A stretch of 64,000 nt of DNA from Girardia tigrina (taxonomy: Eukaryota), in the NCBI GenBank assembly GCA_001938485.1, contig MQRK01217099.1, forward strand, positions 7,127-71,126, given 5' to 3'. A model generated the notes under the pieces. That model made no database searches, was not told the origin of the DNA, and was given only the letters and a program-made list of their open reading frames with translations. How positions within the stretch are numbered: position 1 is the first letter of the stretch; every line of letters starts with the position of its first letter. A program made the translations under genes and the position numbers. Below are positions 12,001 to 26,400 of the stretch, piece by piece.

Positions 12001-15000
12001 ATCACTATGGAAACTTGCTTATATGATTGCCTCTGATAAGGATAGTTGTACAAGAATGCTGCATGAAATGAACTACAAAAATGTTTATGACATGTGTGTT
12101 CCAAATATTCTGAATGAATAAAACAAGATTTAAAGAGTACAATGTTGTCAAAATCCTTTACGTGAATAAGTCAACCATAAATATGCAGTACAAAATGAGT
12201 AACTCGAAGCTTCGAGCATGAATCCTAGCAAATAGCAATCGTCCTCAAATGCAACGTTTTTCTCCTATGACAAAGAACAAAACAATGCTGTAAATTTGTC
12301 TATCCAAACGAAAGATACTATTAAGAATATCTCAAGAATCATCTATAAACCACGAGTAATTTGTAAATTTCTTAACAAGTGTGAAAGAGCTCTGGAAGAA
12401 AAGAAGAAGAGATCCAATCAAATTCTCAGATTTACAATGTTACATTACACGCTGTTTGTATTATTCAGCAATTTATTGAAAAAAAAGCTTTGAAATGGTC
12501 AATATTACCTTAGTGGCCTAGCTTAAATCTATGTGACAGATTTCTTTTAACGAACATGAAGCATAACTTAAAAGTGTTCAGATTTAATCTGAGAATAATA
12601 TGGTTGATTCAGTGACTAGATCGTTTGCTAATTCAAGAACAGTTAAAAAAGTTAAAATTACATTGTAGTAAAGTTATTTTGTTTCATGGTTGTTAAATTG
12701 ATTGTGAAAATTAAAATTGTTAAATATTCCTTTTTTCTTTACAACAAAACTTTTGTGACAACCTAGTATTTCGACTAACGTATTAAATTTTTGAGTAGGG
12801 AAAATTAAAAATATTGAAAAATTCTGAAGATTATTTGGTTCTCATGAAATACTTAAATTTAGCCAGAAATTAGAATTAAACAATTTCAAGACAAGTGGAG
12901 TGCATTGTATATTTTCAAAAAATATTTGATAGAGGATATTTTAAAAATTATCTTGTTACATGTTCTAAACTAAATTGATCATCATTAGCGATTAATTATT
13001 AAGCTATTAGAATGAAATACAGGATACGGTAGAATATGAACTTTTTCTTTATTATATACCCGTAGGAAAAGGTAGCATGAAGGTAGGTCGGATGACGTGG
13101 CACGTCCAATACAGAGAGCAAGATTTTCAGCAGATCTTCTACAAATCTCTCCCTGATGCACTTTTTCATTTAAACAAGTTTAAAACTTGAGCTGCAAATA
13201 TAGCGGTGTCCAATATTTTTGAAAAATAAAATCATTTTAATCTACTTGCAATGAAGCATTGATAACAAATTAATTACAATTATTTAATATTGAGATTGCT
13301 TTACTTTTCCCATTTTATATATTAATCAATTATTTACTGTATTATTTATCACGCTATAGCTTATCCTAATGTAAATCGAATTTCTATTAGATTACAGAAA
13401 ACTAATATTTTGAAATCAATGAGTTTCTGTTTAAGCAAAATTTGTAGAGATCTAAATATTTATTATATTTGCTTGATGGTGAATGTTAACAAATTCTTAA
13501 TTTTAGGTATGACGATGTGCCTATCTAATGTGATCATCTTATCCAATAAGATATTAAGCCCTAAGCTTTTTCTGAGGTCTGAGATTATGATAATTCTTTC
13601 ATATCACTCTGTTCATATCGAACATTCTCGTAAATATTATCTCGATAGTGGGTTTACCGCACCGAAACTAAGTACGATGATCAACACATCTTTTGACAAC
13701 CTTGTCAATTAAATTAGAAAATATATAAAAAAACTTTCATGCGTAGTCGGTGGCCACTTTCACTGTAAGGAAATCTCTTCTATTAGATGTCCTTGATCAT
13801 ATTAATATTCTTATATAAAAATCTTGTACAACAGTAATTTTAAAATCTGTTTTAAATATATATAATTTACAAATTTACAATTACCGTTTTTTTGCAGCTT
13901 AATTTTGATGATATATGAAAGAATATTCTATCTTCACCAGCAATTATGTAACTAACTCCATAACCATCATCTGCTACCGGACCGAAACCTCCGCCTGCTG
14001 AGACGAAGTTCGGATACCGACTGTTTTTGGGATATTTTATTTAATTAAATAATAATAAATTAATAAAAATGTTATTCAATAAAAATAAAAAATTATAAAG
14101 TTTAAAAAATTTAAAATATTAATACTATAATAGAATTATGATTTCTGTCTGTCATTCTAAGTGACGTTCCTGGTGTTCAGTAAAACAAATTTAATTATTT
14201 TATTTTAATTGTACTTATAATTTGTTAATTTTACATTCTATTAATCAACAAATTACAACTATCAATTTTAATCAAATTTTTAAGTAAATAATTAAATAGT
14301 ATATATTGAAAATTTGATCGTTTGTTTAAATGCATCATTTAATAACCTTATCAACTAAATATGAAATGCATCATTTTTTTCTCTGTGAGCAAAAGTGCCC
14401 GGTTGGTACATAAATAAATTCGCCGCATGCATCGGCCCTAAGGCGTTCTCTGCACCGGCCCTGGTTTCCACAGGGGTTCTTTCACTAGCAGCCTCCCCCA
14501 GCACTCATCACTTGGATGAACGTCTCCGCTAATAACCTTATCAACTAATTATTAACAGTCTCTTTCAATTAAAGCACGCTTCACATTTGATTATTTAATT
14601 TCTATAAAAAACTAGATTTTTTAAATTTCCTTACATGCATTTAGTTAACAAAAAAAGCGCCAGACGTGGCGACACGGGTTCACCCTAGTAAATAAATATT
14701 GTTTATAAAATATATTAATTCAACAATAAATTATTTTAATTTTCAAAAAAAAATCATTTTGAGAAATCACACCTACCCAAATAAATTATTTATTACATTA
14801 TTATTTTTCTTTATTATAATATTTTGTTAAGAATTATTAATTAGATAATTTATAAATTATATTATATTTAATTTTGTCATAAATCATTAATTTGACCCTG
14901 TAAAGAACGCAAACTGTATAATAAAATTTATTATATAAAATATTGATCGGGGTTTGCTAACCAATTAAACTTGGAAATCTTCCCCTTTTATATTAAGGCA

Positions 15001-18000
15001 ATATTATATAATATGCCCCAGGGTCAGTTGATGCAATTGGAATTGACCTTGCAATTGCACATTCCGGTAATGTCATGATATATGAAATCACAGGAATTTG
15101 AACTCTAGTGATGTCATGAGATTTGACATTATTGGAGTTCAATATTACTGAATGTGGTGAGGAATGACATCACCACAGACCCATTTTACCATGTATAAAT
15201 TATTAGGAAGAAAAATAACTAATATTTGGACCACGTATCTTTCGTATTAAGAGCATTAAGAAAAGCTATTTCAAACAGCTTGTTTGTTAAATTCGTATTC
15301 GTAAATTAACTTTTAGTATCGTTAATTTTAAAGTTTTCAGTGACATTAATATTAGGGTGGAGTCATAAGTTGTGGGGCACTTTTTATTAAAAATTAAAAT
15401 GTTCATAAAACAACGCACAATAAAGATTATGATTCGAAATAAAGTCCATTATGTTCAATACATTGTACCCAACGTTCNNNNNNNNNNNNNNNNNNNNNNN
15501 NNNNNNNNNNNNNNNNNNNNNNNNNNNNNNNNNNNNNNNNNNNNNNNNNNNNNNNNNNNNNNNNNNNNNNNNNNNNNNNNNNNNNNNNNNNNNNNNNNNN
15601 NNNNNNNNNNNNNNNNNNNNNNNNNNNNNNNNNNNNNNNNNNNNNNNNNNNNNNNNNNNNNNNNNNNNNNNNNNNNNNNNNNNNNNNNNNNNNNNNNNNN
15701 NNNNNNNNNNNNNNNNNNNNNNNNNNNNNNNNNNNNNNNNNNNNNNNNNNNNNNNNNNNNNNNNNNNNNNNNNNNNNNNNNNNNNNNNNNNNNNNNNNNN
15801 NNNNNNNNNNNNNNNNNNNNNNNNNNNNNNNNNNNNNNNNNNNNNNNNNNNNNNNNNNNNNNNNNNNNNNNNNNNNNNNNNNNNNNNNNNNNNNNNNNNN
15901 NNNNNNNNNNNNNNNNNNNNNNNNNNNNNNNNNNNNNNNNNNNNNNNNNNNNNNNNNNNNNNNNNNNNNNNNNNNNNNNNNNNNNNNNNNNNNNNNNNNN
16001 NNNNNNNNNNNNNNNNNNNNNNNNNNNNNNNNNNNNNNNNNNNNNNNNNNNNNNNNNNNNNNNNNNNNNNNNNNNNNNNNNNNNNNNNNNNNNNNNNNNN
16101 NNNNNNNNNNNNNNNNNNNNNNNNNNNNNNNNNNNNNNNNNNNNNNNNNNNNNNNNNNNNNNNNNNNNNNNNNNNNNNNNNNNNNNNNNNNNGGTCGTCC
16201 CGGTCGTTCTTGATCCTCGAGGCTTATGTCACCTTCGTTAAATTTTTTAAACCATCTTGCTGCCGAAGATTTGGAGACAAAGCCCTTCCCTTCAACTTGG
16301 GAAATTTCCTTCAGCAACGTAGCAACAAAACGTTATTTTTCTGCCATCGTAACTTTCATTAAAAATTCTTTAAATTTTCAAATTAATAAAAAGAATTTGT
16401 TTTAAAAATGTACTGATTAATCGATTGAAATATTATTTTGAGATTCCAAATATGGAATTTAATAATAAATGTATTAAAAAACAGATATTCCGATTCGTCT
16501 CCAATTATATTCTCTTCCAAGTATGTTTCTGTTCAAGTTCAAATGAGTGAGCAGAAATTGTCACACGAGGTTAGTCATACAAATCCTGATTTCCTTGTTT
16601 AGTCTATTAATAAATATTCGTCGGGTGAACTTTCAATGCAAGTGAATTAGTGTCCGGTAATTTGATGGAAATTCGTCGGCGAGAATACACAGTGAAACGA
16701 ATTTCCAGTTCCGGCTAATCCTGAAAACCCGAATAATGAATAGTGATCCGATTGGATGATTCTTGAATGGATGAATTTGAAAGATTCTTCATCACAAAAT
16801 CTTGTTAAGAAAATGGATGTAGGAAGTTTATACTGACTTCAGAAACAAAGGCAAACTACCACCTCTATTTATGCTAAGCAATAAACAATGTTTATTAAAC
16901 ATTAATGCTCATTTGAAGCACAATCAAACATTTGTTAGGTAATTTTTGTTTATCTTGTTTTTTGTTACATAAGCCAAGAATCGATTTCTGGATTAGGAGG
17001 TGGCTTATATTCAAAAAAATATTAAAATGATATTTCATTTCGTTGTTTTTTAGTAAAATTTCATCTAAGTTACATGAGGTTGTAAAACATTATGTAAACT
17101 ATATTAATAATTAAAATATTTTAGATAAAAATTATTATTTTCAAACCTCAAATCTAAAGTTTTTGTTTGACCTAGAGGAGTTTGTGAAGTACTCAACTTC
17201 CATGGCTGACTTAAAGCATTATTCAAAAACTCGCTATTGATGTTCAGAAATTGACATATGACGTACATACAAAACAAATGTCGATCAACACCTTTCCCAA
17301 TCATTGCATTACGGTACAACTGTTGATGGTGATCAGCAGCATGACGAAAATACAGTATTTTAGTGGATTTCTAAATAAAGATATATCCGAAGTCAAAATG
17401 ACTTTTTATATATTAAATCTTTTTAAATTTACTGGAAGGATTTTGTCATCCATTGCTTTGACGATTTCACAAACCTCAGCACTACAGCTTCGAACAGTTT
17501 CAGTTCGACCATCTCGAAATAGCCTGGTCATTGAGGATTCATAAGTTTGACAAAATTCACCGTTAAGCTTATAAAATAATTCTGTTTAGAAAAAATATAT
17601 AAATAAAGATATTATTACTTTTTATATTTGGAAACACGAAATAATGAAGTAATAAGTTTATGAAGAATGAATAATATCTAAGGTATCGAAACAGGAATGT
17701 ATTGAAAGAAAGAAGTAACTTTTACAACAAAATATGTTTTAAGAACATTGAGACAATTCTAATTTGAATTTTTATTTCTACAACATTTAGATTCATTACA
17801 ACTCTCGGAAGATCTTTCATCGTTTGACATTGCTCCAATTGGTTTCGTTATTTCTCTTTTAAATCATGATTATTCGAACAATTTTTCGAAATCTTTTAAA
17901 AATACATAATATTTAAAAAATATTAATTCAAAATAGTAATTTAAATCACTTCTAAATAAAAACACAAAATTATGAAAATGTTATCAAATTATTAAAATGA

Positions 18001-21000
18001 CTTTAATTTAAATTTTATTAAATTTATTTAAATTTAATTAAATGCTTTTCTTTTCTTAAAAAAAATACACCAAAGCCCCGCTATGCGTCTATTCGTTATG
18101 CATCGCTTTTGCGTCGATTGATTTTTTATTTTTTGTCATATAAAATTTAATATTAAATAAATAAATTAATTAATTAACATTAATTTAAACATTAAATTTG
18201 TTTTTATTAATTAGTGTTAATGGATTAAGAGCCCAATTTTCGTACTATTTCTTGATAAACATTTATTTTGATTTTTATTTAGATATTGGGTTTGTCAAAA
18301 AGTCATTGCGTTTTTGAGTACGTCCTAATAAAAAGCTTGAAAATATAAAACGATGTGATAAAATTTAATTTCAATTATATATTCTGAAACTTTAATTTTC
18401 AGACTATGTTTATATAAAATATTAATTGATTTTGTTTTAATTTATAACTTAACGTCAATTCGAAATGGAAAATCAAAAGGAGCATATTCGTCATGTTTTG
18501 TTGCATTATTTTCGCAAAGGGAAAACTGCTGTGCAAGCTCATAAGAAGATATATTTTGTATATGGTAGTGACTCCTTAAAACTTCGACTAATTTTCTAAA
18601 TTTCGTTCTGAAAAATTTCATCTGAAAGATGCAACACGCTCCGGTCGACCAGTTGAAGTTGATGGCGACAAAATACCAGCACTGATAAAATCTAATCCAC
18701 ATATGATGACAAGAGAAGTTGCGGAGACTCTGGAAATATCAAAATCAAGTGTTGGAAGTCAGTTAAAGAAACTTGGATTCGTCAGTAAATTCCATATGTA
18801 GTTACCACATGAACTTAAAGAAATTCATTTGGTGAAACGTATAGACATTTACGATTCCCTTTTGAAGCGAGAACAAAATGATCCATTTTTGAAGCGCTTG
18901 ATTACGGGTCACAAAAAATGGAATGTTTACAACAATGTGGAACACCAACGATCATAGACAAAACGTGGTGAGCCTGCCAAAACGATCTCAAAAGCAGAAA
19001 TTCACCAAAAGAAGGTTATGCTTTCCGTCTGGTTGGATTTTAAAGGAATTATGTTTTTAGAACTCCTTCCGAGGAATGAAACTATCAATTCAGACAGATA
19101 TTGTGGTCAGCTGGAGAAAGTGGCTCATTCAATTCAACAGGAACGTCCTGAATTGGCAAATCGAAAAGGAGTTGTAATTCAGCATGATAACGCAAGATGG
19201 CATACAAGTTTGACCACTCGCTAGAAACTCGTATCACTGGGTTGGGAGGTTTTGCCGCACCCACCGTATTCTCCAGACTTGGCCCCATCGGATTTTCGCT
19301 TATTTAGATCACTGCAGAATTCCTTAAACAGAAAAACATTCACCAGTGATGATGACATCAAATCGTTCCTAGACGGCTTTTTTCCTCACTAAGGCAAAGG
19401 TTTTTATGAATCAGGAATAATGAAGCTACCGAAAAGGTGGAAGAAAGTGATTGAAAATAATGGACAGTATATCGTGTAAAAATATTTGTGCATTCATGTC
19501 ATTTTTTGATAATAAATATTTTAGTAAAAAACGCAATGACTTTTTTGCCAACCTAATAGATATATTGTAATAGTCTTTCTGATCAATATTACCACATATT
19601 CGTTATGCGTCGAAACTCATTTATTGTCTCAACTTTCGGAACCAAATAGAGATGCAAAGCGGGGCCTTGGCGTATTAAACTTAATTTAAACTGTTAATTT
19701 AAAAAAAAACAAAAACTTATTATTTTAATTATGGTCGAAGAGTCATTCACTTTTAATTTAAAAAAATACCAATTTCCATCTGGGTAGGAGAATCACCATT
19801 CTAAGTTCAGCATACTCAAATCAACATACAGCATCAATACATTCACACATTCAAACAATTTAAAATCTTCCTCACATCCCCCTCGATTTTAATGGCTTTA
19901 GCCATTCTACATTTCTGAACAAAATCCTACCATCCTCTAGTTGTATCTCATAACTTCTTTGGTGTCTTTACTTTATAATTTTAGCTGGTCCCATATAGCG
20001 GTCATCATTTTTTGTTGGGTTAACTTTCTTTATCAAGACTTTATCTCCGACCTGAAATATTCGGTTTGTTTCAATTGTATTTTTATTTTCTTTTTGGCCA
20101 CTTTTTCTTTCTGTGGTGTTTTTTCTACCAATGTCTTAGTTTTCTACCAAAGATTATCTCGGCTTGAAGGCAAGACATTTTACCAATTCAATGAGGAATA
20201 AACGCCGTTTGTGTGATTTGTTTCCACTCCAATTCAGATTTAAGATTTTCAAAATTACCAAGGCATTTACAGCAGAGATATTGACGATGTTTGAAAAAAA
20301 CACATTGACTATCTTCTCGTTTTCCGCTTCATTGTAACTAACGACGAGCTTTTCAAAATTGTCGACACCTCCTTTGTGATGTTATAATATAATACGATGT
20401 CTGATTTGTTTGTTTCAGTATCAACTGTTCCACACGCCCGGAATCCATGGATGAGAGGAGAATCACATTGTGCCCTTGTTTTGGTTTGTAAGACCCAAGT
20501 ATAGCCTCTTCTTTGTAAGCATATAGTCAGGTGCAAAATTTTGTGAACGCTTGTTGTTAAATTGTATTTTGCACCCAACTGCAATTATATTGACAAAACC
20601 ACACCAAAATACAAAGATTTTATTAGAACATTATAATAAGACACAAATTTATCAAAACTTGTCATAACTGGCGCATAAACCACGAAAACCCAGTATATAT
20701 TTAGTATTTTGTGTGTTTACCCTTATTTTTGAGAACAGAATGAATTCGGTCAGACATCGAACGGCATAATTTTTTTACAATAGTCTGGTGACACTTTTTG
20801 AGTCCAAACAGTTTCCACTGCTTTCATCATATTTTTCAGGGAATTTGGGTGCATGGTAGCAACCTGTTTCTTCACTGGGTCCAGGCAAAAAGCAGTATAG
20901 AAACAAGCGTTCACAAACTTTTGCACCTGAATATAGATAGAAGATGAAACTATACGGTCTTTGCTTCGAAAATTATTGGTGGAATCTCCTTTCTATTGTG

Positions 21001-23361
21001 TCATCGTTCCAACTAGTGTCAATCTTTTTCGCTTCAAATTCCGTGCAAGGGCAAAGCTTGTGAAAAGTTGTCCATCGTAACATAACATCCACTGTCCTCA
21101 ATGGGTACTGCTAACTCTGGGGAAAATGAAAGCAACTGATCCACCGAAGAAAACACATAGAATGAGTGCAGATATTGAAGTTTGATCTTTAATCTTCACC
21201 ACTCAAACTTCAATATCTGCATTCACATCTTAATTTCTTTCCAGAAAATAAAGGTGCTGATAGTGAAGAACATGTGGAGATATTCAACCAGAGAATACAT
21301 TTGATGGAGAAACGTTATCATGGATGATGGGATAAAATCTTGGTGAGAGACGATAATACAAATAATAAAAAAAATCTAATACACATGTTAGGTGATAGGG
21401 ATGATAATTTTTTAAAAGAAAATTTGTGAGTTCCAATAAATAAGTTAAGAAGAAATTATTTACATTAGGTTTAATAAGACTATAAAAGAAATAAATTAAA
21501 TGTAGTAATAAAATTAAATTTTATTAAAGAAATTGAATATAATATTTAATTAAAGAAAAATAGATTAAAATAAGAACGTCCGGTTTAACATTAGAAAAAC
21601 TGAAAACTTAAGTTCCTCAATTAATAAAAGTAATAAATTTTAGATAATACAAAATTAAACTTTTAAGTTCGAAAAAGTTTTGTTTAAATATTACACAAAT
21701 TGGAAGAACGTGCGTCTTGTTAAAAGAAGAAGAAGCAATCTGAACAGAATATTGGAATATCAAATAATTCTCAAAATGATTAGCTGCAGAACTACAATCC
21801 AGATTATTGATAATTGATTGATGCAAAATAAATTGCCAATTTTAACAAGATTCAATTTATTGTGTTGGTGAAATTCAATCCAAAAATCCAAAGTTAAATA
21901 TCTCTTGTCAATTGGATAAAAAAGTTGTATAGTAATAGTAATTAGTTGTAATTGTATAAATATAATTTTGTATAAAATGGTGCCCTACGTTCTTTCTGAT
22001 GGAGTTCCCATCGATTCTAACAAAACACTTTTAAAATGTAAGACATCCTAATATAAAATTTTTACTATTGCTTCATATTACGTATGAAATTACAAATCGT
22101 TACTATTGCGTTTTTATAATACATGTTATTCTTTCATATAAAGTAAGATTAAGATAAGATAAGTTTCTGAAAGAAAACTTATAGTTAGATAAAACAAATG
22201 TTATTTTCGGTTTCAGCATCTCGAAGTTAATAAAGCAACATCGAAAATTCCAATGAAACAGGTATTTCATTAAATGTTGTTGTCAATCAATAAGGATCTT
22301 TACGAGTAAAATTGTATTTTTAATTGTAAATTAAAATTAATATTACAAGTATTTATTTGAAAAATTAAGTGAACTGAAAATAAAAGGTTTCATATGATAA
22401 GAAGCTTAATTTTCGAAAATTCATGCCTCAATTTGATCAATTAAGAATTTAACACTATTGTAAATAAATGTTTATAAATAAATTAATTAAAAACATATTG
22501 TTTAAACAAAGCAAAAGAAATGATTGCATGAAGCTCAAAAATAAAGCTAATTGATTTTGTAATACTATTTCTTTATTCCTTCAACATAAGATTTTAAATT
22601 TCACATACTCGATAATAAGTTAATTGGATTGCAATTTGAATATATGCATCGGGTGAGACTTTACACTTTTTCATGAACCCTTTTCCATATTTGTTGTGTA
22701 CAACAACATGAATGTCAAAATCTTCGATAAGTTCTTTTACAACATTCATTGAAATATGTATACAGTCCGATAACTAAAGTTGTTATATTAATATTTTTAT
22801 GAAATAGTAAAGTCACTCCATCATTAATTTCCCATTTCAGTCTTTCAGGTACCGGTATATGTAAAGCCGGAATCCCTCGACAATGTCCATCAGGAGTATA
22901 TCTATTTTTATGTTAATATTTGATTTAAATACATATCATGTATTCACCCATATTCCCGACTTAATACATCTTCAAGAAGAATGTATTCCCACATATGCCC
23001 AACGATGGGAGCATCAGCCCTAAAACAATAAAAGCAGCATAATTTTTTAAAAAGTAATTAATCAACACTTTATTCTTGCTAAATTGATAGTTAAAATGGA
23101 TAATAAAACGATAGATATATGTGGGCAAAACATGTAACAAAAACATTATATATTCATGCATCTGATAACAAATATATATTTATTCCGGGATAATAGTCAT
23201 AATGTGTAATCACACTATGAGAACATTTCCGCGCCTTAAATATTAACATGGGAAGAAAGTTTTTTTCCGTTACTCTCCACTCTTAAATAAGAAAGAAAAT
23301 TACCATTCTAATGCTAATTTTTTGTTAATTCATGTTTATAAATATTTTTTTGCAAAAAATC

Positions 23362-23409
<48 letters not shown>

Positions 23410-26400
23410 TTTGTCATATGATCACTTTTCATATTGGATTTAAAAGGTTGTGGGTAAAAATGGAGTTTTCAAAATCTAACAGTCGATTCTATGCATACGT
23501 TGATTGGAAAAATGGAACGACTGCAGCTGAAACCTATAGAAAGTTGTTCAATGCCTTCCCTGATGATTGTCCAACGGAACGCACAATAAGAAACTGGTTC
23601 TCTGATTTTACCTCAGGCAAGCGGCTATTGTTGGATTTAACACGAAGTGGACGTCCTTCAGCAACAACAACTGATGATTTGATTTAAAAAGTTAGGAACA
23701 TAATTGAGCAGGATGAAAGAATGCCTTTAAGACACAAGTGCTTGATGTCAACAAAGAATCAATAAGGGCAATCCTCCATGAAAATTTGAACAGGAAAAAA
23801 ATTTTGAGCATCTGGGTGCCTTATCAACTGACTGATGATCACAAATGACGACGTATTGAATCCTCAAGAAATTTTTTGCAACAATATGGGAAAGAATACT
23901 TGATGAAACGATGAATAACAACGTGGATATCATTTTTCCCTACATTATGGAGATCCGATTTACGAGTATGTGGCAAGTGGAGATGATCCTCGACCACGTG
24001 CTGTTCAAAACAAAAAATTTAGACGAAGAACAATTCTTATTTTGGCATTCACATCTGATGGAAAGTTTCACATCGAAGTAACAAAATTTGGTGAGGCTAT
24101 CAATTCTGAAAGATTTACAGAATTCATTCAAAATAGTCTTACAAAGTTTAGTAAAGACAGACGACGAGTAAATATTCGAGAAATTCTTTGGCAGCATGAT
24201 AATGCTCGACCACATTCATCCAAGTTTACCACAGAGTTTTTTCAGAAAAAAACATGTTGAATTGATTAAACAAGCTCCATATTGACCTGATTTAAATCAG
24301 TGTTACAAATGGCTATTCAAATTTTTAAAAGGATCACTAATAACACCATCCTTTGCACGTGAGGAAGAGGTCTTACAAGCGGTCAGTGATATTATGAGGA
24401 ATCTCTCACGAGAAAAACTTTCACATGAATTTGATAAACTTTTTACACATGCTGAAAATGTTATTTGTTCTAATGGTGAATAGACTGTTGTGTAGAAATA
24501 TATATTTGTTGTTTTATATTTGTTTTATTTAGAAATTAGAAATACAGAGGAGTAACGGAAAAAACTTTTTTGTCATATATGTTATTTGTTCATATATTAT
24601 ATATTAGATATATTAGATTTAAACAATTTTTTTCGTATTTCACACTTTTCTTCTTGAAAATTTAATTTATTCATATTTAGTAAAATATTTTTCATTAAAT
24701 TTTATACGCTTGTCATTCTATCAATGAAAGAGGAAAACAAAAAGAATTTTAGTATCTAAAAATTTGAGATAGGGGTCGAATTTATTTTATAGTTATCAAT
24801 TTAATTTGACAATTGTTACTCACGAACGTTTTTCGAACGTTTTTACTTCTCCTTTTCCTCTCATTTTCTCACCGACATGTGGATGATTTTGCTGACGCCT
24901 CTCTCAAACATACAGATCTTTTTGTCATCCCGTCCACTCTCTCTAGAGCCATTTCTGTTTGGAACAGAAATTCATCATGAAAAACCTTTGTCTAAGAGAT
25001 CTTGCTCATAAAAAGAAACTTTTATTTCCTGTGTTCTTCCGTTAGACACGGTGAATTTTGATCTCTTGTGATCTAATGTCTAACACAATCTCTCTTTGGG
25101 ATCTGATTGGCCTCCAACAACTTTCTATATATGAATCGATTATTGATAAATTCACCCAGTTTTGCTCTAATATTTGTCTTATCGAGATGGTTTCTTCTGA
25201 CTCTCCGCCTAATATAGTCACTTCCTTCAAGTTTATTGACAGTGGTCCACTTATCTGTGGGTACCTGAGAAATTTATCGGTGTCTCTTTTGATAATCGGA
25301 TTAACATAGACGCTATCCGTGCTCGGGATTCGAACTGTTGAATTATTATATTTTTTTAATTATATTATTATTATTATTTATATTATCGTCGAAATTGTTT
25401 TCTATCAAATCGAAATTGCGTACGTGATTTGGAGAAAAAAATCGAATTATGTTAATTAATTGGTCGAAACTGAAATTGATTGGGAAAATTTGGGCAATTT
25501 GTGATTATGAATTTTTTGAATGTAAATTTTTTTATGATTGATTTGTGTCACGGAATTTTTTGTTGTAAAAAAATTAGTTTCATGTAAAAAATTGTTGAAA
25601 TTATGATAACCTATCGAGTTGTTTTATCGTATCCATTAAATCAAAGTTGTAATTAAAAAGATTTGTACAGTTAAAAATAAAGTTGGTACGTGATTTAATA
25701 TCGTTCTGAATTGTTTAAAAATGAATTCTTTTCTGGATGCTGAATTATGTGATTTAGTTTCATTAAATATATTTTAGTGCAGATCTTTTGTCTTCTAACA
25801 TGGCAAAAATTTCCTCTACGCAAATTTCCTCAGTCATATGAATCCGGAAGCGTTCAATGGACAATAAGACATCAACGAATTTATTACGGATTGCAATAGA
25901 TTCTTTGATATTTCCAAAATTGAAGGAGACGTCCAAAATCTTTCCCAAATTTCGCATCTATGTTGCAAATATAATTATTTTGAATATTTTCGCAGTCATT
26001 ATCTTTACATTTATTTAAATTCTCTTCTAAAATTAATTTGAAGTTAAATTTCTTTAAGAAATTCATTCCTGCAATTATTTTTGGCGTAAAATATATTTAT
26101 TTATATTTATTTATATGTTAAAATAAGATTTTCAGAAATTTAATGTAAAAAATTAATTCATGTAAGAAATAAAATAAATTTTACGATAGGTTTATTAAAA
26201 GATTTATTATAAAGTAAAAAAAGTTAATTTCAAATTTGATGAAAATATTTAAGTGAAATAAAATCAAAAGTAATATAAAGTTTAATATTTTATTTGCGAA
26301 ATTAAATTAAACTAAAATATTTTTGTAACTTTCTTTTATTTTACACGATTAAATCGAAATAAATTAAAAATATCACTATAATCTTATTTTTTGGAAATTT

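Noticed and set aside
15372-16362. Long ORFs in the track (also 26608-26904, 29972-31377, 36125-36935, 51256-51598, 54054-54308)
   Set aside because: Their length comes from N runs; only the non-N ends are interpretable.
24830-25330. Coding-like segment with short ORFs on both strands (also 16480-16870, 9140-9480, 21600-21900)
   Set aside because: No motif I can assign with confidence; probably decayed TE sequence, needs a translated search.
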